NCBI GenBank assembly: GCA_973895155.1
Contig: OZ316894.1
Coordinates: 1,752,457 to 1,816,456 of the forward strand
Source: Marsupella aquatica
Taxonomy: Eukaryota; Plantae; Marchantiophyta
Direction of reading: 5' to 3'
DNA length: 64,000 nucleotides
Position numbers and translations under genes: made by a program. Under the pieces are notes generated by a model. The model made no database searches and was not told the origin of the DNA. It was given only the letters and a program-made list of their open reading frames with translations. How positions within the stretch are numbered: position 1 is the stretch's first letter; every line of letters starts with the position of its first letter. Positions 13,351-24,674 of this stretch are shown piece by piece.

Positions 13351-15644
13351 CTACAGCTTGTAGCCCAAGTATTCTACCGGGTTCCTCCCAAGTAGCCATC
13401 CCAGCCACCCCTTGAGGATTGGATTGATAGAGCGCACTGTGCATCTGCGCGAGCTGCTTCGATGTCATTCAGCAAGAATTTGACATAACCACGATGCTTC
13501 AGCATGTCATAGTCATTTTTCAATAGTTGTAGTCCTTCATCCAAATCTGCCAGGGCTCCCTCCAGATCTCCCATCATTTGTTTCAAGACACCCCCTTCCT
13601 GCAAGGTAAAGGCCCTGTTGCCATCCGGCATCGTGATTGCCTCGTTGGCATCGTCCAGTGCCCTTGAAAGTCTCCGAATTTTGCTTTCACAAAGATTCTA
13701 TAACTGCAATCACAATTATGAAACTTAGTTATACGCTTCAAACACATCACGCGCACCGGATGCAGATTTGGCTACTACCACATTTCAAGTATAGCTATAC
13801 GTTGATCAATCCAATGCCACTAGGCATGGACGTCTCCAAATGCGCGGTTGAATCATCTGTTGGATTTAGCAATGCTAAGAATCCTTCCTATATTATGATG
13901 AAATGGCTTGCCACAAATGCGCAAACGAGGAAAAAAGCCTGCAAAATTCTGGAAATTCTGAACTTTTCCGTTAGTTGAACCCTCGAATCAAGGACAGGTT
14001 AATTATCTATCCAACTGAGATTCTCAAGCCAGCTACTCAGGGGGAATACTCAGTAATAGTAGCCTTCTGTATGATACGCTAGTCTCATGAATCATTGCGT
14101 GCGTAAATCTAGTGCCTTTGGCTTTGTTACTTCTTACAGAATTCTTTTTCAACAATGGCCACTTCGTTGGACGATCTTGTTCTTTTTCCATCGATCTTCA
14201 TACATCGAGAGTTGTGCTGAAAGTAAGTGATAAATTCATGACCATACCTTAAAGCTCTGCCTTCTAGTAGTGCCGAAGGCAACCCCATCTCCTTAGCCAG
14301 TGTGGGGTCTATTCCAAACAGCGCTTCTACTGCTGAAAATCGAACATCCCGCCGTACGTGATCTCCCAGCAAGCTTGTAAGGCCCTGCAACAGACCTTCC
14401 GTTCCCTTAGCCATCCTTTTTGCATCTGGTGCGTACGATAGGTTTGATGCTGCTTCTGCTGCACGTCTTTGCAAATCAGCGTCCTGGCATTGCAACAAGG
14501 GATTCACTAGGCCAACCATAGCTCCCTCCTCACTTGGAATTCTCAACTTGAGCGACTCATCTCTTAAGCTGGCTAGATGTCCCAGAGCCCATGCAGCCCC
14601 ACAAGAGAAGCAAGGATCTGCCTCGCTTCCTCTTTAGTAGGATCGTCCATCATAATCAGCAAAGAGTCATGTTTAAAGTCGTCGCATATATTCGATCATT
14701 GGGAAGTGATGAGGATCATCTTTACCATCTCTGGCAGCCTCCCACATTTTGTACAGAAACCCCTTATCTGAAACGTCATCTAAGACCATCAAAACCTTCT
14801 TGCCAATGAAGAAATTTTGCAGAGCTTTTGCAATTCTAGACTTTGAGCCCATACTCTCCCCAGATTTTCCAGTTCCAGATTTTAAACTGCTTTCCCCGGT
14901 TAAACTCGTCGGACTAAGCTGCTCCAAGATTTCATATTGTTTGGTGGCAAGATCAATTATGGAGCTATTAGCACACGACACCACAATGACGTGATCAAAG
15001 AGGCCTTGCTTTTCTCCAAATTGCCCGTAGCGCTCACACATGTATCTGGCAAGAGTGCACTTGCCTTTACCTACTTCACCATGGAGTAGTATCATGGGAG
15101 GGCCGTCAGAATCTTCAATGGCTTTGATGACCGCAGACTGTGACTTATCTATTGGCACATATTTATTATCGTTATTGTGTACAATTGTAGAGATGGCTCG
15201 ACTATAGTCTGCTTCTCGCAGTAGACCAGAGAGCTCCTGTTCATCCTTCAGTATCTTTGTGATGCCATCAAGTTCCTGGTTCACCTTCTTCAATGTGCTT
15301 TCTAGTTTCTCTGGGAAAAGGGTCATGGTCACCTGAGCATAAAACCACCAGATTTGCGAACAACACTGGTTGCTGTCGATGCTTTTCTCCAAGCTCTTCA
15401 ATCTTGTTTCCACCCTTTTCAGTGTTGATTCGGCTCTCTTCAAAGTCTTCATCATAGTACTGTCCACTGGTTGCTGATGGATTCGGACTTGCTCCTCATA
15501 GGAGGTCAGCCTCGAGCGGAGGATTCCGGCTTCACTTTGATACTCCGCTGATGCAGTGAACCAGTCTTCTTTGACATCGTCGATCTTTGATACAATGTCG
15601 AGGATCGAACTGCATAATGCAACGACTTCACTTACCACCGCCAT
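13351..15644 (-). pseudogene. NLR-like STAND ATPase pseudogene: helical N-terminal domain - NB-ARC - ARM repeats - TPR repeats
   Basis: ATG at 15644 after a CAG acceptor. About 150 aa amphipathic helical N-terminus, Walker A ILLHGEVGKGKCTLA, Walker B KKVLMVLDDV. A frameshift near 14725 moves RNBS-B-like KMILITSQ* and RNBS-C-like PTKEEARQIL to another frame. ARM-like segment 14546-14300 (LQRRAAEAASNLS, GLLQGLTSLL, VRFSAVEALFGI). TPR segment 13700-13400 (GDFQG/ALDDANEAI with a frameshift near 13662, GDLEGALADLDEGLQL, LKHRGYVKFLLNDIEAARADAQCAL). Confidence 0.8.
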
Positions 15645-18569
15645 GAATCTGCAGTTCGACCAGGCACACATTGGAAAGACGTCAGCAATTACGATAACAG
15701 TATCTAAGCTGGGAGGCGTTCACAAATTAATGTTGCCGGTATTTCTATGAGGCCACCGAAACCGCATAACAGCCATTTACTTTGGAAAACGATTTCGCTA
15801 CCACTATTGGATATCAAATGTCTTGCAAAGAGAAAGTAAATCTTCGTGGAGTGGCCTTACCCGGGTAAATAGTTCGTCGTCGGAGTTATATGTCAGTCTT
15901 GGAAATCTGGGCAATGCTGCATCCTTTTGATTCAGGGAGAACCCTTGTTGCATCACATCTATTGTTGAGCCATTTACTAATGTAACACGACTTCTCCTCA
16001 CCACTTCCGAGACCCTGTGCAATGCTCACCTGTTCGATCAGATTAGAGTGACACTTCATTAGATCAAAGGTTCAAGAGAGCTTAAAGTTTTGGGTATGGT
16101 TGATATAGATAAGGGTTTCAAGCGTCATCAAGGTGATACCGAGCACGGCTTCTACTAGTGCTGGGGCGGCACTAGTAGTATAGGATCGAGCATACGTCTA
16201 ATGCTGAACTTCCAGATGTAGGTCTAGAACGATATAGCTGATGTTAATTAGGAGAGATTCTTAATCCGACCCAATTGTACACTCACTCATCAAACCACAG
16301 CCATTTTCCAGGACTCCCTGAGTTTAAAAATGCTAGGTGGTCATATCTATTTCGATTTCTAGGTCTCAGCATACGATACTCAACCGACTGGGGGAGCGAC
16401 AGCAAATAGAGGAGCAATGTTAATTTCAGCTGTGCAGTCCTGGAGAAGAGGAATCTTGTGCGATGACTGCGATCTACAAAGCCATTACAGTCTCCGTCGA
16501 CTACAACGTCTTTATCACCCTTCACAGACAGCCCAGCCCCCAACCCCTCACATACAGAGTGCTGTAAACAATATGAACGGTAATCACAATCGAACCACTC
16601 AATTGCAACAAGGAGAGAGTTTTGAACTTCAATCTATATTAGTTTTAAAGCTCGTATATATCTGTATGAACAGAAGAGATCAGAAAGGAGAGGTCAGTCG
16701 GCTTCCTAATGAACCGCGGAAGATGCAGAGCTAAGCTTCGACCTGTCTATTCGATGAATATCCTGTCAACTCGGAGGTACTGTAGTTGTAACTCACCAAA
16801 GGCCCAAACACCCACACCCACAAAGACAAATGCAACCCAGGACTTCTCGTACGGCAATGCACCCGTAGGCGAGCCGCCTCAATTACAATCAAAATCTTCA
16901 CTTATGTGCAAGAGGAAAGTTTTCAACTTCAATGCACATCTACTAAGTTCTAACAGATCGACGGTGCGGAAGAAAAGAAGATCAGAGTCAAACTACTGTA
17001 GTTAGTAGTATCCCGGCATGACCGAGGCATCCCGGCCTAATCGAGGCATCGCCATACCCGGAGAAGTTTCTACTTTGTGAAAATTGGAGGATCGAGACAA
17101 AACAGAGTACAGATCTGCAACCGTTACAGAGTGGTCTGGAGCTGCATCTGAATCAGAAGGAGGCAAGACAAGCTAGACTCTCATCAGAAGTCAACGATTT
17201 GAGAACAAATATGGTCCGACTGCAAGCTCATAACACATACGTTATTGACAATGTCGGTGGTGACCATCTCCGGAGGACAATGGATTTCAGATCGCCACAA
17301 ACGTCCACCTCAATGTTTGCTGAGATTGGGGAGGCAGCTTTGGGCCTGCTCTACTGCAGAAACAAATTGACTCTTGCATGGCCAGAATACTTGGAAACAC
17401 CTGCGTGCGGCGAGAGCTGTCACTGCAGAAGTGAACTTGACCTCAGTTTCTTCGGGCTGGTTTTATATATCAACACAAGCTTGATCTCCAACATTTGTAT
17501 CTCCATAATGCAATCTGGCAATACTCACGACCAAACTCAAGGCAAAGTTCCTACTGAACTCCGCAACTGGGTATTGACTAACTACGTAGACTTTATGCTT
17601 CAAGAGCTAGCGTCGAAGTTTTCTCTTAGTTAGGGCATTCACATCTGAAAGATTTTGGCAAGGAAGAGCTCGAGATCAAAACTTCGAGCAACTGTGGGAA
17701 TTGAACAAAATGCATCAACATAGGATGTACCAAGCAAGGTCTGCGGGAAACCAGTACGAATAACTAATAAAGCAGAGATGTTCGAAGTTGGAGTTGTTTA
17801 GACCTCAGTACAGTAGTCGGCTACAAGAGGACATAGCTGACAAAATTTCGCTGTCTATCGGCCTTCCTTCTTCTCCAGACTTGTTTACGAAAAGGCGTTG
17901 CCTCCTCATCTCTGAAAAACCAAGGAGCCTGTAATAAATTTCGCCTATGACGTTCAGGAAAGGAGGGATCCAGATTCTTGAGATGGGATTGAGCCAATGC
18001 ACAGAGTTCTTTTGGACCTTGTCCTGGGTCCTTGCGCAGGTGACCTGCAGCACCGTCAAGCGTTTACAGCAAAGGACACAAGGGAGACCTGCAGCACCGT
18101 CAAATTTTTACAGCAAAGGAAAGAAGGGAGAATAACAAGGGAGAATAGTCCAAGAGAAGTAGCGTGCCCATGAGGACTTCCTCGTTTACATCAGGCAGAT
18201 TTATACCTTAACTAGCTCAATATGTGTGTGGATTGCACAAAAGATGTTCTGATGGCCAAGATGTAGTTGAGAACAAAAGAGGTCGTGTCAACCAAGAGGT
18301 CGTTGAAAAGAAAGATGTCATGTCGCCCAAGATGTTGTTAAACCACAGCTGCCAGTATAAGAGGCTACGGGTAACCCGTAGCCTTACCCGTAGCCCCTCA
18401 TTATACACAGAACAAAGTAGTGATACGTGAGTAATGTACGGAGAAGCAAGGCACACGGGCAGGATTGCCCTCGGGCAGCCCGGCTAGACAGTCGTGACTG
18501 CCAGGCCGGCTTACCGGGTCACTACATTTTGAAACTTGTTTATTAGCAGTTGGTGCCGACACTTCAGGC

Positions 18570-19330
18570 ATGACGTTGAGCTGTTCCATTGGTAGTGTTG
18601 TTCCTTGCCAATGAGGAGGTCGTGTGTTCAAACATCTCCCCTCTTGACCCTACACATGGCAGGAAAGAAGATGGGCTCTTAGAATAGCCCTAGGCCGACG
18701 GAGGGCAGGTTGGGGATGATGAGCCATAGCAGCCACACATGGCGGACAGAGGGCCGAGGCAATTTAGGGCTACGCAGGCCTATTGAGGATCTGCCTCATG
18801 TTCATATACGCTTTTGTTTATATTCATACTTGAACAGCCTGGATGGCTCTACTGGTTACACACTCTCACTTGCACCCAGGAGGTCCAGGGATCAAACCTC
18901 GCCGGAGGACATGCCTGGCCTTTTGATGAACTCTAAGTATGGGGGCGGGGCGCAGTTTCGCAGCGCCTGGAAGGAAAGAGCGGCGAGGTAGGGGAGGGCA
19001 GTTGGAGATGACGAGTATTACCTGGACACATGGCGAGCGGAGTGCCGAGGCTACCCGCTCCTAATGAAGGACTTATAAATCAGATCCTATTCAAATATTA
19101 TTTCATGTGCACTAATGATCGAACAGCCTGGGCGGCTCTATTGGTTATGTCACTCACTCGCAGCCGGGAGGGCCTGGGATCAAACTTTGTCGGCGCCGTA
19201 GAACAAGCGCTGTTGCTTTTGCAAATTGTGGCGTTGATGAAGATGAAGGCGGCAAGCTAGAGGAGGGGCTCGTCGTCGCAGCCCCGAAGGAAAGAGCGGC
19301 GAGGTGAGGAGGTGAGGAGGTGCGAAGTAG
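18570..19330 (+). repeat. Subterminal ~290-bp diverged direct repeats with tRNA-like modules inside the Kolobok left end
   Basis: GAACAGCCTGG..GGCTCTA.TGGTTA....CTCACT.GCA.CC.GGAGG.CC.GGGATCAAAC occurs at about 18833 and 19121. GAAGGAAAGAGCGGCGAGGT-like blocks occur at about 18970 and 19286. A third tRNA-like stretch lies at 18575-18640. Confidence 0.7.
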
Positions 19331-19869
19331 AGGCGGTACGGTGCGAGAGCCGAACGCAGGCGCGGGAGTCAAACGGAGGCGCGGGAGTCAAACGGAGGTG
19401 CAAGAGTCTGTGCTTTTCAATTGCTTTTTACTGTACATGTTTCACTATAGATGTCCCGGTATATGTACTCGTAAGAGGGAGGCTAGGGGAGTAGCGGAAG
19501 CTTTCTACAATCTGTGTTTTTCCAAAAAATATGTGCACACTAGTTCATTAGAAGGAAGGGAGTAGCCGCTACTTTTGACAAACGATATGTATGTTTACAA
19601 AGAATGTGTGCTCGGTGTATGAAAGGAGAGCTTAGACAAAGCATTGTGAGGAGCCCATAAAATGAAGAGAAGAGTACTTGGCCATGAGGTGAACCATGCA
19701 TAAAGAGGCATAAAGCCACCTTGTACATTATTACCACTATGTGGTCATTGTTGTTAATTTGTTATCTGTTTTAAAATAATATTTTGCTAGTACTTCTAAG
19801 TGTTTGACATTCAACTTTTTTCCAGCTGATGATTTAAGTCAAATGCGGTAGAGACTATATTTTTTCACC

Positions 19870-22800
19870 ATGAGTACAGAGGATGACCCACGTCATCATC
19901 CCTCACACCAGCGGAAGCGCCCTTCTCAACGTGGTGGCCCTCCGAGAAAAAAGTACCCTAGTGATGACATAGACTATAAAAGGGTTCGGAGACCGAATGC
20001 AAGGCCTGCAATCTGAGTCCCTCTTCACTTGTGGAATGAATGGGAGGAATTGAGAGTCTTACTTGGTGATGAACATACTACGCACTCAACTGTCATTCAG
20101 TGGTTGTTTCATGAAGTGCGAGACAAGGTTGAGCATTTGAGGAGATGGCAAGTAGCGCAAGACGCTAGAATGCTACAAGATGACCTTGCATCAGCAACCG
20201 ACATTGGAGCTTCGTCGAGTTTTATGAATCCTAGCAGCAATCAGGGCTAGCTTACAAATTTACATGATGTATGTTTGTAAATAATTATGTTATCTCTTCT
20301 ACATTATTTTTGTATTTATTCAACATAAAAAGAAATTTATTTCTATGTGTTACATAATTTTTTCTTTGTTTTGCTTGTGTTGTCTTGGGATAATTTTTTC
20401 TTTAGGGTTGTTGATGTGGACTTTTGCAAGTCCTATTTTCCAAAACCATAACCAGTCCATAATGTTGTTACATCTTTGGTTATTTTTTATAGAGTCAACA
20501 GTCTGTAACAAGTGATGCACTGACGGAAGAGCAAGAGGAATTGCAGGAGCATATTGTTGAGCAATACCCATCAGATGCAAAGGATGAAGCCATGTTTCGA
20601 GATGAAGACACAACGGTTCTTCATGCTTTAGGAGCTCCTATACACGAGGAGGTTGTTGAGGAGGTGCAACAGTTTACATTCCATACACATTAAGTTTTTC
20701 CAACCATACTCTGTTTTTACACATGTGACACTTTGTGTCTTATTTGCATTCCTTTTAATAATATAAATATTTGTATTGAATTAGGAGGTGGTAAACTTGG
20801 ATTCCCAATCACCGGAATGATCTGCCTCGCAACCATCCTTAGTCCCAAACTTGCAATCAGAACCAGCTACCTTTGACCCACCCGTTACACGTAGGTCTCC
20901 ACCTCGTCGACCGGCTACAGTAGCATTTTTTGAACGACAATTAGTTCATACTTTTGTTCAGAGACTACTTCCTACGTGTCATATACCTGGATGTGCATTG
21001 ACTCCTACAGTGGAGCGTATTGGTGAGTTGCAACAAGTTTGGTCTATTAGGATCAGTTGTGGGCAACATGGACATGGGTGGACATTTGTCACTGGTGAGA
21101 ATGAGTCTGGAAGGAATTCCCCATTGATTACTCCTATGTTGTATCATTCCACTCTATGTGTTGGTCTTACATTTACAGCTCTAGCCGCATTGACATCGCA
21201 TTTAGGTTTGCATGTTCCTTCTGCAACCCATTGGCATGATTTTCAAAGTGAAAGACGACGACCTCAAGTAGGATGGATAGATGCTGTAAAGCAGCAATGG
21301 GAGGTAAACAAAAGCAAGGTGTGGGAGGATGTAAAAACCCGACTTGAGCAGCAACGTGCAGTACATGAAGGTTTTCAAATTAAACTACTAATTTAAGTTA
21401 TTATATGTATAACCTAGTTGAGTTTTTTAAGTTTTGTACCGCAAAATCGTGTTTTTTATCGTCATTACAAAGGTTTTGATCAAACATGAAAGACATGTAT
21501 GCATTATACTATGATTGAATGATTTTTGAGAATAACTTTTTCCAAGCATAATATATTCTTGGTTTTCTTGCAGATCCTGGGCTAGTTGTGTATCTAGATT
21601 GTCGTTGGGATTCTTCTCGAAGTGGGTATCATGGTACTTCCTCTATCATTGATAGTTACGATAATAGGGTTCTTGAGATGACCATTGTGAGCAGAAGGGA
21701 AGAGAATAATTCTTGGTACATGGAGGAAATAGGAGCAAGAAGGGTACTAGATACTCTTACGGACGCAGGAGTGGTCATTACAGAGGTTATCCATGATGAT
21801 AAAAGTACCATTGATAGAATTATTGAGGACATGGGATTTACAAACCAGAAGGATTTATGGCACAAGGCAAAAAATCTGGTAAGGAAATTTGTGGACAAGT
21901 TGTCAAGTGTCACATTTACCCTTACCATTGACATAGACACTGTGACATCTCGTTCTAATTTGCAAGCCGTTACAATTAAAAAACTGAAAGACTAGTTGAA
22001 GAATCGGGGTATTAGAGGCTACTCTAACCTGAGGAAGGAGGAGTTAGTCCATCGAGTTGCTGATTTGCTTGGGTTGCCTGAGGGGGACCTTGTACATATT
22101 GCTACGCGTGGTCTCAAGTTTCCAGAGTTAACGGAGCACAATTTGGCAAGCAAATTTAAGACCTGGTTCTATGTGTGTTCCTGAACATGTAAAAACAGGT
22201 ATGCCAATACTAAAGTCTTGCATATTTCTTGTAATGCTAGCTTCATAAATATTTGGTACATGAAGTTCAATATGTACTTTGTTTATATTTATTTCTCACT
22301 ACTTTGCAATGCAGGGGTGGAGATAGTGAATCCCTAGCTTTTGAGTTAGGAAATTGCGCAGATCATTGGGCTGGTGATCACGAAAGGTGCATGACACTAT
22401 CTGATCGCCCTTGTCAGCATCTTGGAGAACCTAATGCATTACAGCTGGACTTGTACTATGAGAGAGGTAACTTATACACTTCACCATGAGTATTCATGAA
22501 TTTTTAGAAAAAGTGTTATTTTGGATGTTGGATGATATAGTAATTAGGATTTAACTAACCCTTTTTGTTGTTGGAAATGCAGGTGGGGAAACTCATAAGG
22601 CCATGAAAGCTTTTATGGCCAAGTACATAAGGCCAGAAAAAATGCGCTTTTATACCATGGCCCGTGAGAACTTCATGTCTGAAACATTTCATTCTGTAAT
22701 GGGCAAGTATGCCATAAAGCGTATCCATTTTCCAGCTACTCATGACGCACGTTTATGCTGTACTGCTATGGATTGGAATGAAAATATTAGGAGACATGTT

Positions 22801-22929
22801 TGGAAGGTTCGTGATCGTCGAGCAGTGAACACAGTTGTTTGCGATAGACCCTCCCATTCACGAGTATTAGTGGATCGTACCACAAGTTGGAAGGAGCAGA
22901 CAAGTGCACGTATCTATGGACTACCTTAG
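19870..22929 (+). pseudogene. Kolobok DDE transposase (6 exons, ~759 codons, 5 in-frame stops, no frameshifts)
   Basis: GT-AG exons 19870-20268, 20493-20663, 20785-21370, 21574-22198, 22315-22466 and 22583-22929 stay in phase. Motifs: C..C...C...H zinc region (TCHIPGC...ISCGQHGHGW), VYLDCRWDSS, WYMEEIGARR, VIHDD, QKDLWHKAK, DHWAGDH..C, SETFHSVMGKYAIKR, RLCCTAMDWNEN. Stops at 20014, 20248, 20818, 21993 and 22182. Confidence 0.88.
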
Positions 22930-24275
22930 ACCTAAACCAACATTCATCAGGTAATTATTTTTTGCCCTCAAAGTCACATTTATTTTTGTTCAGACACATT
23001 GCATTGAGGATGGATGTGACCAAATACCCTATTCTTAAATTATGTTCACAATTAGTCTAATTGTTCTATGAATTGATTGCATAATGTTATCATTGCAGAG
23101 GGTTGTTTCTTTGAAGAGATCAAGCTACGACCTATGAGCATTTTACTTCCATATATTATAGAGCGGGTTATAGAGGCACTTTGGTATTTTAAGTGTTGAG
23201 GATGTAAAACATTATATACATTATTTATTATTGATTTATTTTCTTGTGTCATGTATGAGTTACAATACATTGGTGCAACTTTTGTCTCATTCTCTAAAAT
23301 GTTTTTTATGTTTTGTAGAATTGGTTTGTTATTTGATTATAATCATTTTGGACCTAGATATTGTGTTTAGTATAACCAGGGTACTGTATATAAAGTATTA
23401 ATTTGTGACCCTGCAATTTGGTAAACCATCAACCCATACACAAAATTGAACATTTGATAACGTGACACAAATCTTCTATGGAGAAATGAAACACAATGTC
23501 ATATCAAAATAACACAAACTATGTATGCTTATTATCCTAGTTTGGAAAACCAACATTTTTTTTGGAGAAGACTTCTATTTTGGTAAAAGGGGGTGTACTG
23601 CCAAACTGAAATGGATGATAAAATTTTATAGAAAACATTTATAAAAGAATACCCACAACATAGATACAATCCACAATTGAAAATAAAATAACTCCCAAGG
23701 CCCCGGTTTGAATCCCTTTTGTTGCCCACCCAACACGAGTTCAAACACATATTACATCTCAATATAAACCCAACTCCTAAATATGAAAAACAAAGTATTG
23801 ACCATGCATGCTACTCGCCAAGTCTCTTCTGGGTGGCATGTATGGCAGACGAGATGGCAGATGTAAGATTCTCTGGAAAGGTCGTAATTTTCAAGAAGTT
23901 GGCAGTTGCTGCCAATTTCTCATAAACAACATCCCGTTGACACTTCCCCGTTACTAGACATGCTCTGTTTAGAACAACAAGTGACCAATCTTACGCATAC
24001 ATGGCCTTTGGTTCTTACTTGACCCATACATGGGGCATAGTTTAGGGTGGCTCATAGTTGGCCCATACCGTGCCCATACTTTTGACATGGAAAAGGAAAA
24101 ATGCTTATTATATTTAGGGACCAGAAGAGGTGAGTGAATTTTTTTATCACATGTATGACCAAATTACTCCCAAGGGGATTTGAACCCCTTGTGCTGCCGA
24201 CCAGCGAGAGTTCCATCCCAAGTAAGGGATTTTATTTAGATTATAAGAATGCAAAGGACATTACAAGATAAAATA

Positions 24276-24674
24276 CTAATATGGGCGAAATCCTACAAAT
24301 TCCTCATGTGGGTCATGCCATGTTGCTTTGATGACTGCTTCCACTGCATCTGGGAACTTTGTTCGCTCCGCATAACCACATACCCAAGCCAAGTGTGTGT
24401 ACACTTGGTAACGTTTCTGCTTGTTCACATTGTCCACATAACTATATGCAGCACAAATCAAAATTTGGTCCAAAGGTACAACAGGATTGAGGGCATCGTG
24501 ACATTCTGTGACCACACGACAAAACTCAGGGAAATCAGATCGGATCTCGTCTAAGGTTGTCCTCCGTTGGATGGAAGGAGCCTCTTGTGTTGCTTGGGCA
24601 TCTTGCCAAAGCAGCATGAAGGACCCATCATCGCACTCACTCAATCTAACCTTGGTCCTTTGCCTGCTAGCCAT
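24276..24674 (-). CDS. KolX-like accessory protein (P2X7 C-terminal/nanor-like motif), 132 aa
   Basis: Intact ORF, tail-to-tail with the transposase inside the TIRs. The C-terminal NKQKRYQVYTHLAWVCGYAERTKFPDAVEAVIKATWHDPHEEFVGF matches the RYxxY...G...R...P.xV...I...(W/F)P....(Y/F)xGF pattern of KolX. A CAG acceptor just upstream of the ATG suggests further 5' exons. Confidence 0.75.
   Translation of the reverse strand: MASRQRTKVRLSECDDGSFMLLWQDAQATQEAPSIQRRTTLDEIRSDFPEFCRVVTECHDALNPVVPLDQILICAAYSYVDNVNKQKRYQVYTHLAWVCGYAERTKFPDAVEAVIKATWHDPHEEFVGFRPY

Noticed and set aside
17199-18135. 144-aa and 84-aa ORFs between the NLR-like pseudogene and the Helitron-like end
   Set aside because: No recognisable motif or consistent exon structure, so they cannot be supported as genes.
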